From an uncultured Chloroflexia bacterium (GTDB lineage Bacteria; Chloroflexota; Limnocylindria; Limnocylindrales; CSP1-4), in contig CAVSKR010000002.1 in assembly GCA_963728635.1 (NCBI GenBank), positions 365,053 through 429,052 of the forward strand: a stretch of 64,000 nucleotides of DNA, read 5' to 3'. Shown here one piece after another: positions 40,416 through 49,973 of this stretch (its first letter is position 1; every line of letters begins with the position of its first letter). The notes below the pieces were generated by a model. That model was not told the origin of the DNA. It did not search any database and saw only the letters and a program-made list of their open reading frames with translations. The position numbers and the translations under genes are program-made.

Positions 40416-40577
40416 GCCCGACTCGAGCGGGCATGTGGGGGATCGCGTCGACCGAGGGCCGCCACGCTGGTCCTCGGTCGCAGCGGTGTGTCCTCGATCG
40501 TCCATTTCCGGCGCCGGTCGCGTGGGTGGCGGGCTACCATGCGAGGCGATGCGCGTCCCCCGTCACGAGCCTGGCCG

Positions 40578-41850
40578 GTGAGCCGTTCGCCGCTGCGTGT
40601 CGCGGTCCTCGGGGCCGGGACGGTCGGCGGGGCCGTGCTCGACGGCCTGACCCACCACCCCGAGCGACTGGCGACGGACGACGGCCGGCCGATCACGCTC
40701 TCCGCGGTCGCCGTGCGGGATCTCGACAAGGCGCGCCGCAACGGCGTTGCCTGCGGACTTGCTGACCGACGCGCCGGCGCATCTCGTCGCCGATCCCGAA
40801 ACCGACGCCATCGTCGAGCTGATGGGTGGCATCGAGCCCGCCCGGACGCTCATCGCGGCCGCGCTCGGTGCCGGGAAGCCGGTCGTCACAGCGAACAAGT
40901 CGGTCATCGCCCACCACGGCCCGGAGCTGGAGTCGGCGGCGCGCCGGACAGCGACGGCGTTCCGCTTCGAGGCCGCCGTCGCCGGCGGGATCCCCGTGCT
41001 CGGTCCCCTCGCCGCCGACCTTGCCGGCAACGAGATCGTCCGGGTCCGCGGCATCGTCAACGGGACGACGAACTACATCCTGACCGCGATGGCCGAGGAC
41101 GGACGGCCGTACGACGAGGTCCTCGCGGATGCGCAGGAGCTCGGGTACGCGGAGGCAGACCCGGCCGGCGACGTCGAGGGCGACGACGCGGTCAACAAGC
41201 TGGTCATCCTGGCTCGACTCGCATTCGGTCGCTGGCTCGACCCGTCGACCGTCGGCCGGCGGCCGCCCACGGCCCGTGGCATGGGCCGACCGGGCATCAC
41301 CGGCGTGACCGACCAGGAGCTCGAAGGCGCGGCCGCCCTCGGTCTCACGATCAAGCTGCTCGCGACCGCGACCCGTCGGGACGACGCGATCGAGGCCTCC
41401 GTGATCCCGACCGCGGTCCCGGCCGATAGTCCGTTCGGCTGGACGGACGGCGTGACGAACCGGATCGAGATCGAGGCCATGCCGCTCGGCACGGTCGGTC
41501 TCGCCGGTCCCGGCGCAGGTGGAGCCGCGACGAGCAGCGCTGTCCTCGGCGATCTGGTCGCGGTCGCGCGGGGTCAGGGATCCACGTGGGCCGGGCTGCC
41601 GCCGGCCACCGACGCGGCGGTCCCGGCGGTCGATCCTCTCGACGCGCCGCGGCGCTGGTTCGCGTTCGTTGGCGCAGTCCGATCCAGCGACGGTGACCTG
41701 CCAGCGGCGATCGGTCGGGCCGCATCCGTCGATTTCGACGACGGCACGGCGATCCGCACCGACGTCGTGACCCTGGCCGACGCGCAGGCCGCGTTCGACG
41801 CCCTCCTTCCGGACGGCGCGGACGTCACGCTCTACCCCGTCGATGACTGA
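40578..41850 (+). CDS. hom: Homoserine dehydrogenase (frameshift near 40750)
   Basis: VLGAGTVG; second frame [36 protein letters not shown]. Confidence 0.9.
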
Positions 41851-42934
41851 CGCGGCGATGGCGGCAGACTCGGGGTTGCGGCCGCGGCTCATGGATCGCT
41901 ACCGGCAATTCCTGCCGATCACCGACGCGACGCCGTCGCTCAGCCTTGGCGAGGGCGCGACGCCGCTCATACGGGCCGGCCGACTCGCGCGGTCGATCGG
42001 GCTCCGGAACCTCTACCTGAAGGTCGAAGGCCAGAACCCGACGGGCTCGTTCAAGGACCGCGGCATGGTCGTGGCCGTCGCAAAGGCGATCGAAAGCGGC
42101 GCGCACTCGATCGTCTGTGCGTCGACGGGCAATACGTCCGCGTCGGCGGCCGCCTATGGCGCGGCCGCGGGGCTCGAGGTCATCGTCGTGCTGCCCCGCG
42201 GCCAGATCGCGGTCGGCAAGCTGCTCCAGGCGCTCGCCGCCGGCGCCCGCGTCGTCGCGGTCGATGGCAACTTCGATGACGCCCTGCGCATCGTCCGCGC
42301 CCTTGCCGAACAGGACGAGCACCCCGTGACACTGGTCAACTCGGTCAACCCGTTCCGTCTCGACGGGCAGAAGACGGCCGCCTTCGAGGTGTGCGACGAC
42401 CTCGGCCGGGCGCCCGACATCCTGGCCATCCCGGTCGGCAACGCCGGCAACATCAGCGCGTACTGGGCAGGGTTTCGCGAATACGCGGAGGCGAACCTGG
42501 CGCGCTCGACGCCCGCGATGTGGGGTTTCCAGGCCGCCGGCGCCGCACCGCTCGTGCACGGGCGCCGGGTCGAGCGTCCGGAGACCGTCGCGACGGCGAT
42601 CCGCATCGGCGCGCCCGCGTCGTGGGAGAAGGCGGTCGCGGCCCGCGACGAGAGTCGCGGTCGGATCGATGCCGTGACGGACGACGAGATCCTCGCCGCC
42701 TACCGCGATCTCGCGACGCTCGAAGGCGTGTTCTGCGAGCCCGCGTCAGCGGCGAGCATCGCCGGGCTGCGGAAGATGGCCGCGGCCGACAATCTCGACC
42801 CCGACGCGACCGTCGTGGCGGTCCTCACCGGGCACGGCCTCAAGGACCCGCAGACGGCCGAGCGCCAGGTCCCGGGCGTGATCGAGACGGCGCCGACGCT
42901 CGGCGCCGTGGCCGTCGCGCTGGGCTGGAGCTGA
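41843..42934 (+). CDS. thrC: Threonine synthase
   Basis: [40 protein letters not shown]. Confidence 0.96.
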   Translation: MTDAAMAADSGLRPRLMDRYRQFLPITDATPSLSLGEGATPLIRAGRLARSIGLRNLYLKVEGQNPTGSFKDRGMVVAVAKAIESGAHSIVCASTGNTSASAAAYGAAAGLEVIVVLPRGQIAVGKLLQALAAGARVVAVDGNFDDALRIVRALAEQDEHPVTLVNSVNPFRLDGQKTAAFEVCDDLGRAPDILAIPVGNAGNISAYWAGFREYAEANLARSTPAMWGFQAAGAAPLVHGRRVERPETVATAIRIGAPASWEKAVAARDESRGRIDAVTDDEILAAYRDLATLEGVFCEPASAASIAGLRKMAAADNLDPDATVVAVLTGHGLKDPQTAERQVPGVIETAPTLGAVAVALGWS

Positions 42935-42938
42935 GTCG

Positions 42939-43904
42939 ATGGTCGCCCACTGGCTCGCGGAGCTCGACGGCCGCCGGGTCACGGTCGAGGTGCCGGCATC
43001 GTCCGCCAACCTGGGCGCCGGTTATGACTGTCTCGGTGTCGCGCTGGCGCTGACGAACCAGATCGAGGTTGAGGTGCGCGGCTGGAGTCGCGGCCAGATC
43101 GAGCTCACGGTCGAGGGTGAGGGTCGCGACGAGCTGACGGAGGACCGCGACAACCGATTCGTCCGCGGACTCGAAGCGGCGATGGGCGCGGCACGGGGCG
43201 AGCTGCCTGAGGGCGTCGGCTGGCGGATCGCGATGCGCAATGGCATCCCCCTCGCGCGCGGGCTCGGGTCGTCGGCTGCCGCCACCGTGGCGGGCATCGT
43301 CGCTGCGAACGCGCTCCTCGGCGGGTCGCTGGACACGGCGACGCAGCTCCGGATCGCGGCCGGCATCGAAGGCCATCCGGACAACGCCGCCGCCGCCTTG
43401 CTCGGGGGTTTCGTCGCTTCCGCGGCGACGGCCGACGGAGTCGAGGCCATCCGGATCGACGTGACGCGTGACCTGCGCGCGGTCCTGTTCGTCCCGGAGC
43501 GCCGTCTGCCGACCGACGCGATGCGCAGAGCCCTGCCGGCGACGATCCCTCTCGAGGACGTCGTGGCGAACCTCGGTGCCGTGGCGCTCGGCGTCGCGGG
43601 GCTGGCCACCGGCCGGACCGACATGCTGGCGCGTCTCACGGTCGACCGCGTCCATGAGCAATATCGAGCCAAGGTCTATCCCGAGCTGCCGCGGATGGTC
43701 GCGGCCGCCCGCGAGGCCGGGGCGCTCGGCGCGTGTCTCTCGGGCGCCGGCTCGACGATCATCGCCTTCGCCGATTCCATGTCGCAGATCTCGCGGGTCG
43801 AAGCGGCTTTCGTGGCCGTCGCGGCAGACAGCGACCTTGACGGCAAGGTCGTCGTCGTGGAGCCGCGCAACGCGGGCGCGAAGGTCATCCCGACCGGCCG
43901 CTGA
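42939..43904 (+). CDS. thrB: Homoserine kinase
   Basis: VPASSANLGAGYD, PLARGLGSSAA, EGHPDN, LSGAGST. Confidence 0.96.
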   Translation: MVAHWLAELDGRRVTVEVPASSANLGAGYDCLGVALALTNQIEVEVRGWSRGQIELTVEGEGRDELTEDRDNRFVRGLEAAMGAARGELPEGVGWRIAMRNGIPLARGLGSSAAATVAGIVAANALLGGSLDTATQLRIAAGIEGHPDNAAAALLGGFVASAATADGVEAIRIDVTRDLRAVLFVPERRLPTDAMRRALPATIPLEDVVANLGAVALGVAGLATGRTDMLARLTVDRVHEQYRAKVYPELPRMVAAAREAGALGACLSGAGSTIIAFADSMSQISRVEAAFVAVAADSDLDGKVVVVEPRNAGAKVIPTGR

Positions 43905-43956
43905 TGGACGACCTCGGTCGGACGGTCGGCAACGGTCGCGGAGCGCTGAGGCGTGA

Positions 43957-44718
43957 TCAGCCGTCCGTCTGCGCCTCGATGAAAGCCATGACCTCGTCCC
44001 ATGCGTCGACGCTCTGCTGTGCGAACTCGGCCGCCTTCCGGTCGAAGAAGCTGTGCGGGGCGCCCGGGTACGTGACGATGCGCCGGTCGATGCCGCGCTC
44101 GGCAAGGCCTCGATCCAGGGCCGCGATCGCTTCGGCCGAGATGCCCTGGTCGGCCCCGCCGAACAGCCCGAGGACCGGCTCCGCGATTTCGTCGATCCGA
44201 TCGAGCGGGGCCGGCGCGTCGTTCCGCCACGGCCCTTCGAGCGCGCCATAGAACCCGATCACGCCAGCGAGGTCGAGGCCCAGCGTCGCCGCCAGGAACG
44301 ACATCCGGCCGCCCATGCAGAACCCGAGCGTAAAAAGAGCGGCGATCCGGTCCGAGCGGAGTGCCTCCACGCCGGCGGCGATGTCCGCCGAGTTGCCGGC
44401 CCAGGTCGTCGCGGTGACGTGGGGCATGTGGTCGAAGGCCTCGCCGCGAGCCTCGGTCCCGGCTGTCCGACCGAACCAGTCGATCGCGATCGCGTCGATC
44501 CCGCGCTCCGCGAACCGCAGGGCGAGCTCCTCGTAGAACGGATGGAGACCGCGAACGTCGGGCAGGATCACCACGCCCGCGCCGCCCGGCTCCGATGGCC
44601 GCGCCCGGAACGCGCCGAGCCTGTTGCCATCGGCTGCCGTCAGCTCGATGCGTGAGCCATCGATCGCGCCTCCGGCGATCGGCGCGATTGGCGGCCGGCT
44701 GTCGTGGTCGAAGCACAT
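43957..44718 (-). CDS. Dienelactone hydrolase family protein
   Basis: PDVRGL, GFCMGG, FGGAD, YPGAPHSF. Confidence 0.9.
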   Translation of the reverse strand: MCFDHDSRPPIAPIAGGAIDGSRIELTAADGNRLGAFRARPSEPGGAGVVILPDVRGLHPFYEELALRFAERGIDAIAIDWFGRTAGTEARGEAFDHMPHVTATTWAGNSADIAAGVEALRSDRIAALFTLGFCMGGRMSFLAATLGLDLAGVIGFYGALEGPWRNDAPAPLDRIDEIAEPVLGLFGGADQGISAEAIAALDRGLAERGIDRRIVTYPGAPHSFFDRKAAEFAQQSVDAWDEVMAFIEAQTDG

Positions 44719-44804
44719 ATGGATCGTGACAATGGTGCCACCCGTGCGCGCCTCGACGGAGGCCGCGGGCGGAATCCGGTGAATCCGGCAGTAGAATGCC
44801 CCGC

Positions 44805-46067
44805 ATGCCCGGCCCCCTCGTCGTCCAGAAGTACGGCGGCTCATCGGTCGCCGGGGCGGACCGGATCAAGCGGGTCGCCCGGCGCATCGCGCGCGAGCGT
44901 GCCGCCGGTCACGATCTCGTGATCGTCGTGTCCGCCATGGGCGACACCACAGACGAGCTGCTCGGCCTCGCCGCCGCGATCACCGATGACCCAGATCCGC
45001 GCGAGCTCGACGTGCTGCTGGCGACGGGCGAGCATCAAAGCGCCACCCTCGTCTCGATGGCGCTCCACGGCATCGGCATCCCGGCGATCAGCCTGACCGG
45101 GCCGCAGGCCGGCATCACGACCGACGGCACGTACGGACGTGCGCGCATCGCCGGCATCGAGCCACGCCGCGTGCGCGCGGAGCTCGAGAGCGGCAAGGTC
45201 GTGATCGTGGCCGGCTTCCAGGGCCAGAGCGCGACGCAGGCCGACGACCAGGAGATGACGACGCTCGGGCGCGGAGGCAGCGATACCACGGCTGTCGCGC
45301 TCGCTGCCGCCCTGCGCGCCGATCGCTGTCAGATCTTCACCGACGTCCGTGGCATCTTCACGGCCGACCCGCGCCTGGTCCCGCATGCCCGTCAGCTGCC
45401 GCTCATCGGCTACGAGGAGATGCTCGAGCTCGCCCACCAGGGCGCTCAGGTCATGCAGGTCCGGGCCGTCGAGCTGGGCTGGATCAACGACGTCGTCATC
45501 GAGGTCCTGAGCTCGTTCGAGGACGCGCCGGGCACGCTCATCAAGGAGGACCCGCTCGTGGAACAGCGCAACAAGGTCCGCGGGCTCGCCCACGACCGGA
45601 ACGTCGCCAAGGTGACGGTCGTCGCGGTCCCCGACCGGCCGGGCATCGCGCGGGCGATCTTCGATCCCCTCGCCGCGGCCGGGGTCAACATCGACATGAT
45701 CGTCCAGAACGTCGGCCATGGCGGCGAGACCGACCTGTCGTTCACGGTCCCCGAGGTCGAGCTCGGAAAGGCGAAGAAGACGCTCGAGCCGGTCGTGCGC
45801 GAGCTCGGCGCTCGCGAGCTGACGACGGATGCGTCGGTGGCCAAGGTGAGCATCGTCGGGGCCGGCCTGCACAACGCCCCGGGCTACGCGGCCAGGATGT
45901 TCGGCACGCTGGCGGACGCGAACGTCAACATCGAGATGATCTCGACGTCCGAGGTGCGGATCACCTGCATGATTGCCGAGGAGGAGCTCGAGACCGCGCT
46001 GCGCGCGTTGCACGAGGCGTTCGAGCTCGAGCGCCCGGAGCCGGTGGAGGTCGCGGCGGCCGGCTAG
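44805..46067 (+). CDS. ask: Aspartate kinase (alpha/beta type)
   Basis: VQKYGGSSV, VSAMG, LGRGGSDTTA, ADPR; two ACT domains. Confidence 0.97.
   Translation: MPGPLVVQKYGGSSVAGADRIKRVARRIARERAAGHDLVIVVSAMGDTTDELLGLAAAITDDPDPRELDVLLATGEHQSATLVSMALHGIGIPAISLTGPQAGITTDGTYGRARIAGIEPRRVRAELESGKVVIVAGFQGQSATQADDQEMTTLGRGGSDTTAVALAAALRADRCQIFTDVRGIFTADPRLVPHARQLPLIGYEEMLELAHQGAQVMQVRAVELGWINDVVIEVLSSFEDAPGTLIKEDPLVEQRNKVRGLAHDRNVAKVTVVAVPDRPGIARAIFDPLAAAGVNIDMIVQNVGHGGETDLSFTVPEVELGKAKKTLEPVVRELGARELTTDASVAKVSIVGAGLHNAPGYAARMFGTLADANVNIEMISTSEVRITCMIAEEELETALRALHEAFELERPEPVEVAAAG
45558..46067 (+). CDS. Aspartate kinase beta subunit from nested in-frame start
   Basis: AAGGAGGA at 45543-45550, GTG at 45558 in frame, immediately before the ACT domains. 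Confidence 0.7.
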   Translation: MEQRNKVRGLAHDRNVAKVTVVAVPDRPGIARAIFDPLAAAGVNIDMIVQNVGHGGETDLSFTVPEVELGKAKKTLEPVVRELGARELTTDASVAKVSIVGAGLHNAPGYAARMFGTLADANVNIEMISTSEVRITCMIAEEELETALRALHEAFELERPEPVEVAAAG

Positions 46068-46080
46068 GTCGCCCTCCCTC

Positions 46081-46905
46081 ATGCCTCAGTTCATCAGCCA
46101 CCTGGAACGCTTCGCCACCGTCGGTTCGACGAACGATGTCGTCCGCGATTTTCTGGCCGAGGGCGTCCCGGAAGTCTGCCTGGCTACCGCCGATGAGCAG
46201 ACCGCCGGACGTGGCCGTGAGGGCCGGACGTGGGTGTCGCCACGGGGCACGGCGCTGCTGGCATCGCTCGGCTTCCGTCCGACTTGGCTCGCACCGGATC
46301 GCGTCTGGCAGGTGGCTGCGACAGTGTCGCTCGCGATGGCCGATGCCTGCGAGACGGTCGGGGGGCTCCCCGCCGGCGTCGTCCGCCTGAAGTGGCCCAA
46401 CGACCTCGTGGTCTCCGCTGGCAATGGTGTCCTGAAGCTCGCTGGTGTCCTCGGTGAGAGCGACGGGCTCGGGACCGACGACCCGCGCGTCGTCGTCGGC
46501 ATCGGCGTGAACACCGACTGGGCGCCGACCGACTTCCCGCCAGAGCTCGCGGATACGATGACGTCGCTTCGGGATCTCACCGATGGCTCGATCGACCACG
46601 AGGCGTTGCTCGCGTTGTTCCTGGCCAATCTCGAGCCCTCCGTCGAGGAGCTCAGAAAGGGCCGGTTCGACGGTCCGGGTTGGGGGAACCGCCAGGTGAC
46701 GAACGGCCGCGACATCGAACTGATCGAACCTGATGGGCAGTCGACGATCGTTCCCGCGATGGGCGTCGACCCCGCGACCGGCGCGCTCGTCGTCGAGGAC
46801 GCCACGCGCGGGCCGCGAAGCGTGTTGGTCGGCGAGATCCGGCATGTCCGACTGTGGGCCCAGCACGACCCGGACCGCTTTCTAGACTTTCTGGAATCGG
46901 TGTAA
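46081..46905 (+). CDS. birA: Biotin--acetyl-CoA carboxylase ligase (no HTH)
   Basis: STND, QTAGRGREGRTW, KWPND, KLAGVL, GIGVN. Confidence 0.93.
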   Translation: MPQFISHLERFATVGSTNDVVRDFLAEGVPEVCLATADEQTAGRGREGRTWVSPRGTALLASLGFRPTWLAPDRVWQVAATVSLAMADACETVGGLPAGVVRLKWPNDLVVSAGNGVLKLAGVLGESDGLGTDDPRVVVGIGVNTDWAPTDFPPELADTMTSLRDLTDGSIDHEALLALFLANLEPSVEELRKGRFDGPGWGNRQVTNGRDIELIEPDGQSTIVPAMGVDPATGALVVEDATRGPRSVLVGEIRHVRLWAQHDPDRFLDFLESV

Positions 46906-46909
46906 CGCG

Positions 46910-47548
46910 ATGGCCCGTCCGGCATTGAGGAAGACGACGCGGTCCCAGGGGGCCGTTCGCCCACGCCTCGCCCGCCTCGACCTCGACCGGTCGCTCGTGG
47001 ATGCGGCACGGGCCGACCCCGCGCGGTTCGACGCGCTGTACCGGAAGTACGTTGCCCAGGTGTACAACTACGCGGTCTACGAGCTCGGCGACCATCACGA
47101 GGCGGAGGACGCCACGGAACGGACGTTCCTGTCCGCGCTGGCCGGCCTGCCCCGATTCGAGGAGCGCGCCGAGCCCGACGACGGAGAGGGCGCCTCGACC
47201 TTCCGCATCTGGCTCCTCCGGATCGCCCGAAACGTGGTCAACGAGCGTCGCCGGCGCTGGCGGCGCCGTCCCGAGGCGCCGCTCGAGCTTGCGCTCACCG
47301 CACCCGACCCGACCGATGTCGAGCACGCCGTCGTCGAGCGCGAATCGGCGCTGTCCGCGTGGCGGGCGGTGGACCGCCTGAGCGGCGATCGCCGGCGGGC
47401 CGTGATCCTGCGCTTCGTCCACGAGATGTCGACGGCGGAGATCGCCGCAGTCCTCGGCCGGTCTGAGGGCGCGGTCCGGGTCCTGATCCATCGCGGCCTG
47501 CGCGGCGTCGCACGCGACCTGCGCGACCGTCGCGAGGGGAGGGCGTGA
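46910..47548 (+). CDS. ECF-type sigma70 factor
   Basis: AEDATERTF, FRIWLLRIARN, LRFVHEMSTAEIAAVLG.SEGAVRVLIHRG. Confidence 0.93.
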   Translation: MARPALRKTTRSQGAVRPRLARLDLDRSLVDAARADPARFDALYRKYVAQVYNYAVYELGDHHEAEDATERTFLSALAGLPRFEERAEPDDGEGASTFRIWLLRIARNVVNERRRRWRRRPEAPLELALTAPDPTDVEHAVVERESALSAWRAVDRLSGDRRRAVILRFVHEMSTAEIAAVLGRSEGAVRVLIHRGLRGVARDLRDRREGRA

Positions 47549-47991
47549 CCGTCGGTTCGACCGCGCGTGACGGGGAGATCGAGGCGCTCGTCGTCGACCG
47601 ATACCTCGAGTCGTTGCTCGCGCGCGCGCCACGCGATCCGGCGGACGTGCCGGAGGACGTGCGGGCCACCGCCGACCGACTGGCCGCCGCCCTGCCGCGC
47701 TACCACCCGTCCTTCCGCTTCGAGGAAGACCTCGCCGCGCGCCTCGCGCTCGCGGCCGCGTCCGCGACGGAGGGGATCGGCGACATCATCGACTTCCCCG
47801 CCGGTCGATCGCGCGACCGCGGCACGACCGACGATGGGCGCGGCCAGGTCCGCCCGGTGGTGATCGGCGGTGTGGTGACGTCGGCCGCGATCTCGCTCGC
47901 CGCCGCGTGGATGGCCTGGCGCCGAGGGCGGCCGCCCGCCGACCCGATGACGCGCGCGGTTCGCGCCGTCGCGCGGACGAGGATCGTCTGA
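47545..47991 (+). CDS. Small membrane protein, probable anti-sigma factor
   Basis: GTGA overlap with sigma gene; PSFRFEEDLAARL helix; single C-terminal hydrophobic segment. Confidence 0.6.
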   Translation: MTVGSTARDGEIEALVVDRYLESLLARAPRDPADVPEDVRATADRLAAALPRYHPSFRFEEDLAARLALAAASATEGIGDIIDFPAGRSRDRGTTDDGRGQVRPVVIGGVVTSAAISLAAAWMAWRRGRPPADPMTRAVRAVARTRIV

Positions 47992-49970
47992 TGCCGCTCA
48001 AGCTGCCGTCCTTCCGCGCCCGGCGGGACGTCTACCCGCCCGACCTCTGGACGAAGTGCCCGACCTGCTCGACGATGCTGTTCAACAAGCAGCTCGAGAA
48101 GAACCTCCGGGTCTGCACCACGTGCGGCCACCACTTCCGCCTGTCGGCCGAAGCCCGGTTGGACCACCTGCTCGACCCCGGCAGCTGGTCGGAGCGCGAT
48201 CCGGGACTGCAATCGGTCGACGCGCTCGGGTTCGTGGACCAGAAGCCGTACCCGGACCGGCTCGCCGCCGCCCAGCTCGCGACGGGCATGCGCGACGCGG
48301 CCGTGTGGGGCACCGGGTCGATCAGCGGTCACGAGATCGCGATCTGCGTGATGGATTTCGGGTTCATGGGCGGCTCGATGGGCGCGGTGGTCGGCGAGAA
48401 GGTCACGCGGGCGGCCGAGCACGCGCTCGCAGCGCGGGTGCCGCTCATCGTCGTGAGCGCGTCGGGTGGCGCCCGCATGCAGGAGGGCACGCTGGCGCTG
48501 ATGCAGCTCGCCAAGACGCTGGCCGCGCTCGAGCGGCTGCGCGCGAGCGGCGTGCCGTTCTTCTCCGTCCTGTCAGACCCGACGACCGGTGGCGTCTTCG
48601 CATCGTTCGCAGCCGTCGGCGACGTCAACATCGCCGAGCCGGACGCGCTCATCGGCTTCGCAGGGGCGCGCGTGACCGCCGGCACCATCGCCGCCGAGCT
48701 CCCGCCCGGCTTCCAACGGGCCGAGTTCCTCTACAGCCACGGCTTCGTCGACCGGGTGGTGGCGCGTCCGGAGCTGCACGACGAGCTGGCCAGCCTGCTC
48801 CGCTTGCTCCCGGCGCGAGGTTCGCTCGAGGAGCCAGAGCCCGAGGAGGACGTGCCGGCATTCCGGCCGTTCTCGTTCCTCACGACGATCGCGGATCGGG
48901 TGGGGGAGCTCGCGAACGGCGAAGGCCCGACCGACGGCGACGAAGAAGCCGAGGTCCCCACGCCGCCAGTCACGGTCCCGGCCGTGGCCCCGGACGGCGC
49001 CGTGGCGATCGCGCCGCTCGACGACAAGGCACGCGACGACGTGTGGGCGCGCGTCCAACTGGCGCGCAGCCTGCGCCGGCCGCGCACGCTCGAGTTCCTC
49101 GACGCCATGGCCGACGAGTTCGTCGAGCTGCACGGCGATCGGCTCTTCGGCGACGACGCCGCGATCGTGGCCGGTCTGGCCCGCATCGGCGGCCGGCGTG
49201 TGGTGGTCATCGGCCAGCAGAAGGGCGCGGACACCGACGAGAACATCCGGCGCAACTTCGGCATGCCCCATCCGGAGGGCTATCGCAAGGCCATGCGGGT
49301 CATGGAGCTCGCGGAGCGCGCGGCTCTCCCGGTCGTGACCTTCGTCGACGTCCCGGGTGCCCATCCCGGTCCGGAGTCGGAGGAGCGCGGTATCGCCGAG
49401 GCGATCGCCCGCTCGATCGGGTTGATGAGCCGTCTCCGGACGCCGATCGTGACGGTGATCACCGGTGAGGGCGGCTCGGGCGGGGCCCTGGCGATCGCCG
49501 TCGCCGATGTCGTGATCGCCCTCGAGAACGCGGTCTACTCGGTCATCAGCCCGGAGGGCTGCGCCTCGATCCTGTGGCGGACGGCTGATGAGGCGGCGAC
49601 GGCCGCCGCGGCGATGCGGATGTCGGCGGCCGACCAGCACGCGCTCGGCGTGGTCGACATCGTGGTGCCGGAGCCGGGCGAGGGTGCGCACGCGGAGCCA
49701 GAGGCGACGGCCGATCGTCTCCGCTCGGTCATCCTCGATCGGCTCGACGCGCTCGACGCGCTATCGATGGAGACGCTCCTCGAGCAGCGCTACCGACGCT
49801 ACCGTGCCCTGGGCGCCTACACTGAGGTCGCCAGACCCGAGGTGCCCGGGCGCGTGGACCGGAGTCTCGCCGATCGCCTGCGCGATCTGCTGGATCCGGC
49901 TCGGAGGGGACTCGTCGGGGTCGAAGCCTGGTCCCGAGACGACGATCCACCGGCTCGCGAGGAGGTATAG
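47991..49970 (+). CDS. accDA: Fused acetyl-CoA carboxylase carboxyltransferase beta+alpha
   Basis: Zn finger CPTC..CTTC, SGGARMQEG, DPTTGG; acidic linker; HGDR, NFGMPHPEGYRKA, GEGGSGGAL, SPEGCASIL. Confidence 0.95.
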   Translation: MPLKLPSFRARRDVYPPDLWTKCPTCSTMLFNKQLEKNLRVCTTCGHHFRLSAEARLDHLLDPGSWSERDPGLQSVDALGFVDQKPYPDRLAAAQLATGMRDAAVWGTGSISGHEIAICVMDFGFMGGSMGAVVGEKVTRAAEHALAARVPLIVVSASGGARMQEGTLALMQLAKTLAALERLRASGVPFFSVLSDPTTGGVFASFAAVGDVNIAEPDALIGFAGARVTAGTIAAELPPGFQRAEFLYSHGFVDRVVARPELHDELASLLRLLPARGSLEEPEPEEDVPAFRPFSFLTTIADRVGELANGEGPTDGDEEAEVPTPPVTVPAVAPDGAVAIAPLDDKARDDVWARVQLARSLRRPRTLEFLDAMADEFVELHGDRLFGDDAAIVAGLARIGGRRVVVIGQQKGADTDENIRRNFGMPHPEGYRKAMRVMELAERAALPVVTFVDVPGAHPGPESEERGIAEAIARSIGLMSRLRTPIVTVITGEGGSGGALAIAVADVVIALENAVYSVISPEGCASILWRTADEAATAAAAMRMSAADQHALGVVDIVVPEPGEGAHAEPEATADRLRSVILDRLDALDALSMETLLEQRYRRYRALGAYTEVARPEVPGRVDRSLADRLRDLLDPARRGLVGVEAWSRDDDPPAREEV

Positions 49971-49973
49971 CGC

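Noticed and set aside
40740-40760. Split homoserine dehydrogenase
   Set aside because: A single extra base restores one continuous protein; likely read error.
44772-44788. GAATCCGG direct repeat in the ask / hydrolase divergent promoter
   Set aside because: Two 8-mers only, with no second instance found; too weak.
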